Made by a program: the position numbers and the translations under genes. Positions 22,555-35,990 of a stretch of DNA of 64,000 nucleotides are shown in pieces. Positions within the stretch are counted from its first letter, which is position 1. Each line of letters starts with the position of its first letter. Origin of the DNA: Lama glama (lineage: Eukaryota); contig CM052817.1 in assembly GCA_028534125.1 (NCBI GenBank), positions 69,070,001-69,134,000 of the forward strand. Reading direction: 5' to 3'. The notes below the pieces were generated by a model, which was not told the DNA's origin, ran no database searches, and saw only the letters and a list, made by a program, of their open reading frames with translations.

Positions 22555-22962
22555 TGTATCAATCAATATAGCTAAGTTATACTGTGATAACCAGTGATCC
22601 AAATATCTAAGTGATCTACCAAAACAATTATTTTTTATCATGTTATATATCCATTTGGGGTCAACTGCATGTATTCTTCACTCCAGGACCCAAGCTGATA
22701 GACCTGACCCACTTATGGGGCATGCTGATCTCACAGCAGACAAATAAGAGAGAGGGTAATAGATAAGACTACAGCCCTTCAGCTTTTGTTTAGAAGTAGC
22801 ACGTTCCCTTCATTTCAAATTCAACAGTACAAAGCAAATCACATTCCGAAACTGATGTAACTAGGGCAAGAATGTATTATCCTCTAATAGAGAAGTGCTC
22901 CTTGGGATGGAGTCAGTTGCGAGCAAAAGCAAAACTTTTGGAAGATAACACAATATTCCACA
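22555..22962 (-). mobile_element. Old MaLR LTR (MLT1K/L-like)
   Basis: 'tgtatcaatcaatatagctaagttatactgtgataac...cttcactccaggacccaagctga...caatattccaca'. Confidence 0.6.
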
Positions 22963-22965
22963 TAT

Positions 22966-23040
22966 TTTTTTTTAATTGAAGTATAGTCAGTTTACAACAT
23001 TGTGTCAATTTCTGGTGTAAAGCATGATAGTTCAGTCATA
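22966..23040 (-). mobile_element. ~70-bp L1 3' terminus
   Basis: 'ttttaattgaagtatagtcagtttacaacattgtgtc' flanked by direct repeat acatatttttt (22960-22970, 23040-23050). Confidence 0.8.
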
Positions 23041-23054
23041 CATATTTTTTAAAA

Positions 23055-23300
23055 TAATAATACCTAACGCTTGCTGATCATTCACTGTGAGCTAAGTATT
23101 GTTCTGAGTACTTTATCTGTAGTTAGTTAATTTTTACACCATTATATAGAAAATAGTACTACCCCCATTTTACAGATGAAGGAATTTAGGCCCAAAGAAT
23201 TGAAAGATTATTTATATGAAAAGTCACATAATTTGCCACACTTATATTTGAACAAGTATTCCTAGTGCCAGAGTCTGGACTCAGTCATTACAGGATATTG
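23055..23300 (-). mobile_element. MIR SINE
   Basis: 'cccccattttacagatgaaggaatttaggcccaaaga'. Confidence 0.75.
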
Positions 23301-24402
23301 ATCCTCTTTAAGCTGTTTATATAAGTCATATACACATGTTCATAGATATATTTTTATATAATTTTATAATAAAATAATTATAATTTTCTAAATCTTTTGT
23401 CAAGTGTATTTTTCCCTATACTGTGACTTTTCGTGTTTTTACTTGTAGTCCAAAGATGGCTTATCTAACCACAGAAATTGTTTAGAAAATGTTTGCCAAA
23501 TTATCTTATTTGTAAATAAGTATGTCCCACTGACCTGACAGTAGAGAATTCCATAATGTGTTGTAAATCTGAAATAGGTGGTTTTATTTATCCATTTATC
23601 CATTTTGGTCATCATAAATAAGGAACTGGATATGACTGGGGGAAAAGAAGAGTTTCAAATATTTCAAACAATGTTTTCATGCCCAACTTCTGTTGTACGA
23701 TTTCTCAGAAGACATCAAGCTATGGCTCTTAACAATCTTCAAACGTGAGGTTCTTGGAGTGATATGAAAAGCAAATGATTAAGACATCCCTACATAGCAA
23801 CATTTGTGGGATATTTAGAAGTTTTAGTAAGGAATGGAGATACAGTGTATTTTAACATCATCTTTTGATTGGTTAGCAAAATTTTGGTTAAATTTTTTGC
23901 CGAGTGGTATTCTTAAGTCCAGGTCTCTTGACGACTAATTCCTACTAAGAGATCCAGCTAGTCAAAATGTTAGTGACCTGTGGTATTGTACATTCTTACA
24001 TGAGTTTCTAAATAGCTGCATATATTTAAATTGAATAGTGTGTGTGTGTGTGTGTATGTGTAGAGGAAACACTGCTGATTTATTCAGAAAAGTGCAAGTA
24101 TTCTTATTTAGAACAGACATATGGGTTGAGTGGCTGCCAGTGAGATCCTGCACTAATTTCTCATTCATAAATTACAGTCGGTTTAATGGAATCACATAAA
24201 TTGAATAAACTGAAGGGCTTTTTAAATTATAATTAAATCACATTTTGTGAAGATATTCACATATTCTGTAATTTTTACAGCTCTTTAGGGGTGCAAACCT
24301 CAGGATATATGTTAATTATGCACCTGTTCTAAAGTGGCTATTTCAAGAAGAATGAGCTGAAAATAAACTGTGACTACCAAGAAAACACATTATCTTAAAA
24401 AA

Positions 24403-25430
24403 CTGTAATTGTAGTTAATTTACAATATTATATTAGTTTTACATGTACAGCATAGTGATTCTGATTGCCATGGCTAGAAATCCCAAAACTGTGTTAAAGA
24501 GAAATGGATAGAGTGGGCATCCTTGTCTTATTCCTGATCTTAGAGGAAAAGATTTCAGCTTTTTACTATTGAATATGATGTTAACTGTGGGTTTGTCATA
24601 TATGGCCTTTATTATGTTATATTATATTCTCTCTATAGCAACTTTGTTTGGAGTTTTTATCATGAATGAATGTTAAATTTTGTCAAATGATTTTTCTGCA
24701 TTTATTGAGATGATTGTGTGATTTTTATCCTTCATTTTGTTAATGTGACATATCACACTGACTGTCTCATGGATATTGAACCGTCCTTGATAAATCCCAC
24801 TTGATCATGGTGGATGACCCTTTTTATATATTGTTGAATTTAGTTTGCTGATATTTTGTTGAGAATTTTTGCATCTGTATTCATCAGAGATAATGACCTG
24901 TATTTTATTTTTGTGTGTGATATGTTTGTCTGGTTTTGGTATAAGGTGATACTGGTCTCATAGAATGAAGATGGGAATGTTGCCTCCTCTTCAATTTTTT
25001 GGAATAGTTTGAAAAGGATGGGTATTATCTCTTCTTTCCATGTTTGGTAGAAATTCCCTGTGAAGCTGTCTGGTCTTGGACTTTGTTGGGAGTTTTTGTT
25101 TGTTTGTTTGTTTGTTTGTTTTTAATTACTGATTTGTTTTCAGTACTAGTAATCTGTTCTGGTTATCTGTTTCTTCCTGATTCTGTATTGGAAGATCGTA
25201 TGTTTCTAGGAATTTATCCGTTTTTTCTGGGCCCCTGCTAGGGGTACAGATCCTGACTGGGTTGCTTCTCCTCCCTTCCTACCAGAGTCCATGTATTTCT
25301 TTACAGCCTTGGTTGTAGAAGAGCCAGTCTTCAGGTCATTCTCAGTGAGAGTTGCTCTATATATAGTTGTAGTTTTGGTATGTTTGTGAAGAGAGATGAG
25401 CCCAGACTACTCCTCCACTTTGATTCCACC
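24403..25430 (-). mobile_element. L1 with both termini and two large internal deletions (3' end | ORF2 RT segment | 5' end)
   Basis: 3' terminus 24403-24460; RT-region segment 24461-25228 (homologous to 47795-48550); 5'-terminal segment 25229-25430 resembling 16080-16265. Confidence 0.75.
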
Positions 25431-26344
25431 CTTAGAAATATTTGAGGTGAGTATATTTAATCTAGAATTACACTAAAATTCATGCCAATGTGGCTACATT
25501 TTTATAGTGATAACAATAATCATATTTTATATTGCCTTAGGAAGTTTTCCGTCACAAAAATCCTAGTTTCATCATGATCTATGCATAGGACTTTTCCTAA
25601 TGGTTTTAGCCATTTTAGGTTATAGAAATATGTTCTGCATGTTGCTTAATGATACATATTTTTTTTCTTTTTTCTCTCTCCATAGCAGAATTGTTTTACT
25701 GTTTTGACTTCTACTGTATTTAACTTACTTTAGATATTTTTGTTTATATTTTATCTATTTGTACTTTCAAATTAGATCTTACTTTAATGAAATAGAGAAC
25801 ACATAAAAAAGATTGATGCTTAAAAGGCAATAAATATGCAGAATAGGTCATACCTCAAGCCACTTCATACAGACTCTTAATACTCATAAACATTGAAAAA
25901 CACAAGTGTTTAGTAGTCATACTGAAGATTCAGATTCACCTAAGAGGCATATAATTTTAGACAAGATGCTTAACATCTGTAGAGGTCTACCTAATTTGGC
26001 AGGAAGAATAAGTGGGAGAATGTATAAATATATATAGCATGATACCTAGAGCATATTAAGTTTACAGAAAAAGTTTCATTTCCTGGACTTGCTTGTCTAA
26101 TTCTCTGATTTTCAAAATAAAAACACTTATTGAATGAAATGAAATCTTATGTGAATTCCTATGTACAGAATAGATATGATCACATGTGCTTTGGTCAAAG
26201 TGTCAGTGAGGGCAGAGAACCTGTCAGTTCGTTTATCACTGCCCCTTCCTGTTACAATCTCCCTGGATCGTACATTGGACTACCATGGAGCTAAATTAAT
26301 CAATTTATAGAATATTCAGTTACATTTCAAAAGAGCAGTAGAAT

Positions 26345-26580
26345 TTTGGAGGTACTATTTACTTTTATCCAACAGATGTTCTTTCATATCACTAGCTTGG
26401 TAATTTCGTTCAGTCATATGGTTTTTAAACTATGTGGTAACCATTTATGAATTTATGTCTTCAGTTCAGACCATCCTCATAAATTCTGCCATATATATAT
26501 ACATATAACTGTCTTTTCACATTTATAGTTGGATTCCAATATATACCTTAAGATTATCCAAAACTTCCCTTTTTTATCTG
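26345..26580 (+). mobile_element. L2 fragment
   Basis: 'cagtcatatggtttttaaactatgtggtaac...atttatgtcttcagttcagacc'. Confidence 0.5.
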
Positions 26581-26584
26581 ATAT

Positions 26585-27095
26585 GTTGCAAGGGGGGTGG
26601 TTTGGATTTCCCCACAAACAGAAACTAAAACAAGAATTTATGACACAGGAACTACATTTGAGAGGTGACCACAGAAGAGAAGGAGTGAAAATATTGAGTC
26701 AGGGCAGGAGGAAGAGTCAGTGTAAGAGTGTTTGTCATCCAAGTCCCTGTTGTGCACAGTGGGGCTCATTTCTACTAGGATCTTCTGGGAAGCAATCACA
26801 ATGCCTTCAGAAATTTTCCACCTGAAGGATGGGATGCTGAAGCATTTATATACTGGCTACTTCTCCCCATTATCAAGAGTAGCCCCAGAAGTATTCACTC
26901 CTCAACCATTTCTGCATTTACAAACTAAGTGGGCTTCTGTAGTTCCAGAGAAGACCCTAGGGCAGAAACAAAAAGACACAGTATTCACTGTTGAGGAGGA
27001 AAGGTTTAATTGTATGGTATCATCAGCCACACCTGTGGCTGAATCAGAGGTTAGCCAAGGGGCCTTGATATGAGATATTGGAAACATCTGCTACA
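26585..27095 (-). mobile_element. ERVL LTR (LTR16/LTR33-like)
   Basis: Ends 'ggaaacatctgctaca' (TGTAGCAGATG on minus) and adjoins ERVL internal sequence. Confidence 0.65.
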
Positions 27096-27328
27096 ATTTC
27101 CACCTTGTTCTTCTCAGATCCACGTGCCCCCTGCATTAAATCCACCCTGCCACTGAGTTTTGAAGGTGGTGGCTGGATAGCACCATCAGCACTGAAGTCA
27201 AATGATAGCTAACTGACATCCACCAAATGAGTCATCCTGCCTACCTAGTTTTTGAGTGCTAATTCTGTGGTGGATATTCTTTGGTGGGCACTGACTTTAA
27301 GACACAAATATCTACATGCTTTGTATAA
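27096..27328 (-). mobile_element. ERVL internal remnant including a pol RNase H fragment
   Basis: Minus-strand translation IFVS*/VSAHQRISTTELALKN*VGRMTHLVDVS resembles the ERVL pol motif recalled as IFVSHVNAHQR...NQVDRMT. Confidence 0.75.
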
Positions 27329-27849
27329 TCAGAGTAAGAGTAAAATCTGATTGATTTGTACATCAGTCAGAGTAAGGGTACTGGAAGAAGGGTTCATGGA
27401 AGGGGTGATACTTTGAATGGACCTATTAGGTAGAGCTAGAGGAAAGATAATCTCTAGGGCATGTGTTGAGCTTGAAAAAGAATGAAAGTTTTGACATTGG
27501 CAGAAAATATTCGAGGCTGAGTGAAGGGACAGATCTTAAAGAAGAAGGAAATCAACTGTGTCAATATCCCAGCCATAAAAATAAATGCAAGTATGAAAAA
27601 CTAATTTGTCCTATTTTTCATTTTAATCTTTAATATAATAGTATATTCAAATACTGTATATATGTATATGTATAACCAAATCTTTTAGTTTCTGGTCTAT
27701 TTCTCCAGAAATTTTTCATGTAAATAAAATAAGCACAAATAATTATTCTTATTTCCTCTTCCTTTTACACAAAAAGACTACTAGACATAATCTCACGCTT
27801 AATCTATTTTTTACTTAACAGTTTCTTGGAGAACTTTTATATCCCTTCC

Positions 27850-29260
27850 TTCTCCAACTCTTGAATATAGTCAATAATGTTTTCTTTCTTAGTGTTTACC
27901 TTTATAGTATCAAGTGTGCTTATATGTCTTCAACATGATTTGTCAGCTTTAGGTGATATTCTTTGACTCCCTGAAACTCAACAAATTTACCTACAGCCTT
28001 TTCCTCCCCTATCTTTTTCAATTTTTTTTTTAAATCTTTTGGGCAATGTGTTGGTATAACACATTTATAGTCTGTTTTGTCACACTAATCTCCTGGGTCT
28101 TAGTTCTACAGTTAAATATATTTAATGCTCATCTCAGCTCTATGCCTTATTTTTGCAATTATTTCTTAGTTAGCTGAAATGCACTCTTCTAGAAAAAGTA
28201 TTTTCTGCATTCTTGAATTTTAAAAACTGTAGTATTTTTGCTTGAGCCAGCTTGGCTGGATATAAAATCCTTGCATCATAATTATCTTACTTCTTTATTT
28301 TGTGGACAGGTTTACTCTAATATAATCTCCATTTTTCTCCACAGCAGGATAGTTCTCCCTCTTAGCTGACCTTTTTGCTTAGTTGCCCAGCATTTTTTTT
28401 ATTATTATGCTCTTAGTCTGTTTCCTCTGGTTCACAGTGTGCCTTTTCACTTTGTAAATTCAAGTTCTTTTCTATTTCAGTAAAGTTTTCAAATTTGAAC
28501 CTTCAGATATGTGTTTTATTCAAAGAATGAGGCAAGTACATTCTTGGTCTTCTTTGCTTATTTTCTGTGTCTTCTATTTCCCCCCTATTCTTTTGTGGCT
28601 TTTTATTTGCACTTTTTAAAATTCATTGTTCTCATTTCCATTCTCTGTGGCCCTTACAGTGTTTTCAGTTGTCTGTTCTTCCTCAGGCTCCTTGGAATAG
28701 CATCACTATTTCTATTCTGATTATGTGTCGTTCTACTTTTTTCTTGAATTCCACCACTTACTTCCTCATATTTTGACTAATCTTGTTGACTTCATGTCTT
28801 TTCCTTCAGTTATTCCAATTTTAAGTTTCTTTTTAGAGGAAATTATGTCATTTTAATTTTGAGTCAGAAAATGTAATATTTTTATCTCCTTAGCAACCTT
28901 TCCTGGCAAGTGTCCCTCATTTACTGGTAAATTTTGGAATATGCTGAACCTCTCTGACATTCTTCTCTGTACTTCCTGTTGCATATTTTCATCTGATCTC
29001 AATTGTTTTAGAAGCCCTTTTATGTACTTTGGAGTCTGTAGAAAATATATATGTTTGTGTAGGTATATATATGTATACATATATACATACATGTATGCTT
29101 AGTTTTGTTGGAAATGTAGTTTGCAGGTCTTCTTGTATTTTCCTGTTAATTTTTATAGATTGCACAAGAAAAAAATGCCTTAAAAAGCCATGTTCTTGCT
29201 GCATGTCCCAAATTTTTTATTTCTCTCCTATTGTTTCTGAATTCTGATATGAAAATGAGG
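27850..29260 (-). mobile_element. HAL1/L1ME ORF1-region relic
   Basis: 'ccagcttggctggatataaaatccttg' motif in long T-rich degenerate sequence. Confidence 0.6.
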
Positions 29261-30974
29261 CCCTCCCATTGAGTTCATTAGAATGGTAATTAGATCATAA
29301 ATTTAAATGCAGTATCATGAAAAACTACTATTATCATGAATAGTCTATTTCATCATTTTCGTGTAGGAGACTGCCTGTGTATAGATTTTAACTACTGTTT
29401 TTTGTATTATGAACATAATACCTATGCTGAGGACTAGTAGAACAATATACACATCTTAAAAGTTCAAATGTTTAGCATATTTTTCTTAATGAAAATGATA
29501 GAAATGATTAATTGCTTATTCTGATTTGCAAAGCAGTCCAGAGGACCAAAATAGCCAATTTCATTGTTTCAATAATTGTTTCCACTGATGAAGCCTATGT
29601 ATGAGTTCCAGTTGTTGACCATATGTGCAGTGATCTTTATAAACAAATTATTCTTCTTCACAACTACTTACAAATATGTGTAACTTACGCAACCAAGGCC
29701 TTTTTTGTCAGAGGTGCTATCAAAACCAGTTATCTTCATGTAAAAAAAAAAAAATCGGATTGTGCCAGTAAGTACAGGAGAGACAAAAGCCATGAAATTT
29801 GTTGTATCATGGAACTCCTGACTTGTTTGTGCACAATAGTCATCTGCTACATGATTGGTATACCAGTCAACCACAGAGACATTATTTTTTAATTAGCAAG
29901 CGATCCAACTACTGGAGTTGGAAAAATATTTGGTAGATCCAAGTATAAGACTGCACAAAGTTCAACAAGAAAGAGAAAGGGAGTCAATGATTACATAAAT
30001 GATCACTTCCTCCCTCAATTTTGCATTGTCTTGCACCTGCCTGAATGCCGATATTTTTCTTACACATGGACTTAAATTTAAATGAATTAAACAAGGGGAC
30101 CAAGAAATTACATTCTTTTGTTTCCTTAGTCTCTCTTTATTTAGTGAGAAAATAGATACTAAAAAAGATGCTTAAAGAGGACCTTTAACGAAAAAGCAGA
30201 TAGCAGATGTCATACATTTTCAAAAGCTGCATCATTCATTTCAATTGACTTCATTTAATTAATTTAACTTTCCCAAGAGAAAAACTGCTAAATATCCTGA
30301 TAAAGTGAAAAATCACATATAAGAAAGAGGTAAATTACACTAAATGACATTGGAATGTGGTAGAGTGTGAAGTTCTCATTTAAAAAGGCTGGGAGATAAA
30401 TAATGAACAAACATGGATAAATTATTGCAAAAAATGCATGTTCATGAAGGAGGTTTTCCTGGAGAAAAAAATTTTAACTAGTCTTAAACATAGGACACGT
30501 GACTATGCTAGTTTGTGGTTTTCTTAATGTACTTTACATTGTATGAAGTTGTGGATAGCATATCTGTATTCTTCAGCCATAATTATTTATTTCATTACTG
30601 TTAAGTTTTGAGGAATGAGCTTAAAAAGGAGACCTTTTCTCCTCCTCAGGCAAACAAATACATCATAAAAAAAGAATTCATAGCAATATTTAATTCATCA
30701 TAAGCCTGTTCACATTTGGAAAAAAATGAAACAAAAACAAATACATCATAGCTGAACATCTAATTATTCCACGTCTCAAAGAAGTGGAGGCAGAGCACTG
30801 GAGACAGAAAATTTTTTATTTTTATATGAAAGACATGAAGCTAGAAACCTTGCATATAGTATCTCCTTACATTAACAATGTATAAAGTGTAAAATTGTAT
30901 CTGCCATGTGGCCCCAGATTTATGATCCTTCAACGTCCATGTAAAATACATATAAAATTATAAAGAAAAAGATA

Positions 30975-31285
30975 GAAATTTGCTAGGTGAAATAAACTAG
31001 ATCAGAAAGTAAAATCCTATAATGTCTCACTTATATGTAGAATCTGAAAAAGTTGAATTTTTAGAAGTAGAGAGTAGAATGGTGGTTACCAAGGGTGGGA
31101 AGGTGGGGGAAATTGGGAGATAATAGTCAAAGAGTACAAAGTTACAATTACGTAGGATGCAGAAATTCTGGAGGTCTAATGTACATCATGGTTATTACAT
31201 GTAGTTAGTAATATTATATTGTATACTGGAAATTTGCTTAAAGAGTAGATCTCAGGTGCTCTTGCCACACACACACACACAAATT
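30975..31285 (+). mobile_element. L1MA/MB 3' end fragment
   Basis: 'tctcacttatatgtagaatctgaaaaagttgaa...agagagtagaatggtggttacc...agagtagatctcaggtgctcttgccacacac'. Confidence 0.85.
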
Positions 31286-31869
31286 AATAAATACCAACAT
31301 GATGAATGCTGGGACCTGGTTAACATATCCACTGTCAGGCACACTGAACCAGGATAAGAACAATGCATCCTGATCTTATGGCAGGCATATCTGGATATTT
31401 TTCTTATGCAGTAGAGTCCCATGGAAGATGGGAAGACATTCTCTCTCTAACACAGCCTGCCCCCAGCTGGTTATAAGGCCTAGGCGATCCTTCCTATTAC
31501 CAGCTAGTGCTACTTTTTGAGGCCAGGATCCTGGTTCCTTCTGTCTATAATCCCTGTCTCCAGAGTCTTCTGTCTTCTTTTCGCATTCATACAGAAATAG
31601 CAACTCCTAGCAAACAGTTGGACATAAAAAGAAAGGAAATGTCATGGCATTGTGTAGTGAGATAAGAAGAATATTCCTTGCCTGATTTCTGGGAATATTA
31701 TCATTTTTTTTCAAAAATTCAGAGAACTACAGGACCAGGTGTGGGGAAAGGAGAAAATAATATGTCTATATGGCTGCTCTCTCTGGCAAAAAACTGAAAT
31801 TAAATTGACAACTATGAATATTAGCCTGCTCTTATGTTGATCTGAGGTCTTCCTTCAACCATGGCAAAA

Positions 31870-32105
31870 TTGCTACCACTTCTACAGTGCTTAGAATATG
31901 CCAGATGTCCTAAACCCTTTATGTAAATTAACTTGTTTAATTTTCCTAGAAACCTTATGAGGGAGTTACAGTTATTGTATTACCCAAACTTTACAGATGG
32001 AAACTGAAGCATAGAAAAGTAAGGTTCACAGAACTAGTAAGTGATAAAATTTGGATTTGAACCGAGGCAGCCTGGATCCAATGTCTGGATTGTTCACCAT
32101 GAAAT
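31870..32105 (-). mobile_element. MIR SINE
   Basis: 'ttacagatggaaactgaagcatagaaaag...ggatttgaaccgaggcagcctgg'. Confidence 0.8.
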
Positions 32106-32159
32106 AATACAGAAAGAGAGTAGGACCCAGGCGAGTTCTGCACCAGACCTACCTCAGAG

Positions 32160-32750
32160 ATTCACCACTTCAAATTTTATAAAGAAATAAAACATCATTG
32201 GAATCAATGAAAAAAATGACAGAACGTGAGAAATTAAATATCATTCTAATAAAACAAAGGAATAGCCACCTCTGAAAATTATCTCATGTGAAATCCAGAA
32301 GACAATGTTAAGAAATTATATGAAATCATTAATGCTATATCAGGAGAGAGAAGAAAACCTGAAATCACTAAGTGGAGATAAAACGAGAAAAGAGAAAAAA
32401 CAGTAGGATGGGGTAAAAATAATGGCAGGAGATTAGAAAGAATTTTAAGAAACTGTAGCTTGATACCAAATTTAAAATCCACAATATACATATACTGGTA
32501 CTATATGCAATTTAACCAATAATGTGTAAGATAAACTTGTGTGAGTTTGGAAAAGAGTTGAGTTGAAAATTGATACTCCTGGAGAAGATATTAGACTAAG
32601 TAGCAAAGAAGCAATAATCAACAATACATAGTAGAGATTATTTTATGACATGGAAAAAAAATACCTGATGGATACTGAAAGAGCTCTTCATGTTCCATGG
32701 AAAATAAATTAAAATATATTTATCTTAGATTCTTAAATGTAAAATATTTC
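32160..32750 (+). mobile_element. HAL1/L1ME ORF1-region relic
   Basis: A-rich degenerate sequence with 'ctgaaagagctcttcatgttccatggaaaataaat'. Confidence 0.5.
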
Positions 32751-32769
32751 TGCCTCTTGTGAGCTCAGA

Positions 32770-33790
32770 TAGTTAAGTACTAAGGGGAATTATCAATTTC
32801 TCATCGATTTGCTGGAACTCATTGCTAAAAGCATATGGGCCCTGAACACAGGGCCAGAATGATGGTAGTTCCTTGACAATGTTTTAGTTTTGTTTTATGG
32901 GTTGGGCAGCCTATTACTTCCTTCTTCGATGTTGATCGTTTATATGTCCTAGAGAAACATAAAGGCAATCTAAATTTTCAAAGTTTACAGCTTAGTTATA
33001 TATTTTATTATTTTTTAAAAAACATTCTTCCATATTTGTGGTCATGTACCCTTTCTCATTCCTAAGGTTGTTTATGCCTGTAGTTCTGTCTTTTCATCTC
33101 ACAGCTATTCCAGAGGCTTGTTATGTGTCATAGATCTTTTCAGAGAACCAGCTTTTAAGTACAGTTAGCAATTCTGCTGCTTTCTGTTTTCTTTTCTTTT
33201 AGCTTCTGCTCTTTTTATTATTTCCTCATGGGTTTCTTAAGCTTGGCTTTTGTGGGGTGGAGTGCTCTTACTAATTTCTTGCATTGAATATTTAATTTGT
33301 TCTCATTCTTTCTTGATTAATACTAAGAACATTTAAGGCTACAATTTTTTTTCCTCTTGAACTGTATCCCATAACTTGCAGTGCAGTTACAATATCTAAC
33401 TAGTCTCAATGCAGTTGCATTGAGAAATGATATAGGACTTATTTAAGAAAGTGCTGTTAAATTTCCAAATGGGTAAATACTCTGGATGTTTGTTTTTCCT
33501 TTAACTCTTCCTGTTATTTCCTAGTTTATTGTACTGTGGATGGAGAATGTAGCTTGTACAATTTCTGTGTCTGGGAATTTTGAAAGACATTCTTTCTGGC
33601 CTAATATATAATCAATTTTTAGGTTTCTATGGGATTTGAAGAAGGTGCATTTTCTTTAGGAGTCAAAATATAGGAAGCAATTAAATCAATTTTATTATTG
33701 AATTATTGATTTTCCATGCATCCTGTGTAATGGATATCCCTGGCTATAGCTGAGCAAAATTAGTTTCTAATTTTCTATTTTTTGATTTCT
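32770..33790 (-). mobile_element. Ancient L1ME ORF2 fragment
   Basis: 'gatcttttcagagaaccagctttt', 'acatttaaggctacaattt', 'gtactgtggatggagaatgtagcttgtacaatttctg'. Confidence 0.65.
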
Positions 33791-33864
33791 AGTATCTTTC
33801 TCAATCTTATTGAGCTGATCAAAAAGTATTCTAGACAAGCACGTTAAAAACTCAAACATCAAAT

Positions 33865-34015
33865 TTAAGCACTTGTGTTTCGATTTAGAATCTGTGTTGT
33901 CTTAGACAAGTCACTTAATCATCTTAACTTGTTTCCTGGTCACTAAAATGGGGTTAAAGGAGATACATGTTAGTGTAGTTATAAACACTAAATGGTATGA
34001 AATGTAGGAAATACA
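33865..34015 (+). mobile_element. MIR fragment
   Basis: 'gtcttagacaagtcacttaatcatcttaacttgtttcctggtcactaaaatgggg'. Confidence 0.65.
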
Positions 34016-35724
34016 TTTAAAATAGTTTCAACCTCAAAATAGCAGCTATCTTTATGAGGTTAATTTGCTTCCTACATTACAGCTTTGAATTTGAGGATCT
34101 TATCTTACTAAGGGAGGTGGTATTTCCTTACAAACCAGTGAGTAACTAAACTGTTAGAAATGCATTGCAGTTCAAAAGTTAAAATGAGCATACTTGATCT
34201 TTTGATGGTTTTAAGAACTTACCTTTTTCACCTTCTACTTTATTCAACAATGGTTCTTTTTTTTTTAAAAAAACGTATTGGTTGCCTACACTATGGCATT
34301 CTCCATTCTTTATACTAGAGTAGCAAATATAAATATACTGCCCTTCCACACCTACAAATGTCCTCTGTAACATACAGTCTGTGGGAAATTAAGTTCAAAT
34401 CCATTTCATTTGGAGACTTTTACTACTCCTCTTGAGATAATTAGACATTCTTGGCAGTGGCAGAGGGCTAGTGTTGACAGGGACATTGATTACAAAATTA
34501 AGAAAGAGATTTAGCTCTTTTGGAAATATTATGATTGCTTATTTCATGTTATTTTCCAAAAGTTTTTTCAGGACTTTTCTGTTGTTACTGATTAAGAAAT
34601 GATAAACTAAGATATTGTTTTTTTAATTTAATTTTTTTGTGTGTGTGTGAATGGAAGAGTTATCATGTACTGACTGTATACACTTCTATGCCTTGCTGTT
34701 CCAGTAGAAAACAGTCACTTTGAAAATACCATTTGGAGATGTCATTAGGAACTTCTCTGACAATCAGATTCTTAAGACTCCTTCCTCTCTTTTTCTCTGT
34801 TACCTTTGTCCTAGAATGCAGCAGTTGAGTGAAATGCTATCCAACCCTTTCTGGGAGAAAAATGGTACAACATTCCTTAATTTTCAGAACTATAGGCATA
34901 GAATTTTTTAGCCCTTCTGTCCAGATATGAACTTCTACTTCACTATGCTATTGTGATCTATTACCAGGAAGCAAGAGCCAGCTTTATAAATTTAAAAAGA
35001 TTCCATTTTAACTTTGGAACTTGATATTTTAAAAGCTAAAAATGCCATCGAGTTTAAAGTAATAATCTCATTGCTTCTAAGTCTTGGTATGAAGCTTAAC
35101 TTACAGAGAATGCTGACTTGTCAAATGACTTTCAAGCAAGCTTGGTATTCATTCAGTTCTCAGGTCTTAAAATCCAGCCACAAAGCATATGTGGGAATTC
35201 CTCCAAACTACTCCATGTTAAAAGAAAAATTATTTAATTCAGAGAATGTATGCCAAAAGTAATTTACATATCTAAGGAAATTTGATCAACAAATTATAGG
35301 AGAATGAAAGCCTTTTGAAAAATCAGATGACTACTGTGATGTTCTCAGAAAGTGACACTAAACATAGCATGTCTCCCTTTTAATGAATCATAATGGAAGA
35401 AGATGACTGGGAAAAGAAGACTCAGGAAGCAGCTAAGGAGCAGAGCAATATGGGTTCTACAGACATGATCTGCCTGAGGTTCTTAGTGACCTAAAAGCAA
35501 CAGAGATCTACCTTGGGTTGCTGGGGGAAGGAACATCCCGTCAGGTAGCTGCAAAATGGGCTTGCTCAACTTTTTCACTCCTGTAAGGTAGCCAGAGAGT
35601 CCTAAAGTCATCTGGAGAGATTAGTAGCATAATTCAAAAATTCACCACCAAAAGTACTCTTCAGAAACTCTACTTAACCTCTTACAGCTGTTTCCCAATT
35701 TTTTGTTGAGTTAAAAAAAAAAAA

Positions 35725-35990
35725 GAATATATAAACCAGCCTCCAAGTTTTGATTTCTGTGTTTGTTAAATGTATCAATGTTGGCAAGTCACATAATCTC
35801 CCTGAGGTCCAATTTCTTGATCTGTAAGGTGGACATTATGCTTTTCCTCATTGGTTTTTATGATGACCTTGTGAGGCTGTAAGTTTTTTGAGGATAGGGC
35901 CTTCTGTCGTTACTGCAGTTCTATCTCTAGCACCTAATCCAGTGCTTGTCACAGAGTAGATGCTTAGTAAATATTTTCCAAATAAGAAAA
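35725..35990 (+). mobile_element. MIR fragment followed by L2 3' end
   Basis: 'ttggcaagtcacataatctccctgagg', then 'ctctagcacctaatccagtgcttgtcacagagtagatgcttagtaaatatt'. Confidence 0.7.

Noticed and set aside
23709..23744. Possible 36-nt exon (EDIKLWLLTIFK)
   Set aside because: It is isolated, has modest splice signals and has no known homology; expected by chance in 64 kb.
29666..29874. Minus-strand ORF ending near two GTAAGT donor-like sites (29683-29688, 29666-29671)
   Set aside because: The peptide is unrecognisable, crosses a homopolymer run, and has no convincing acceptor or partner exons.
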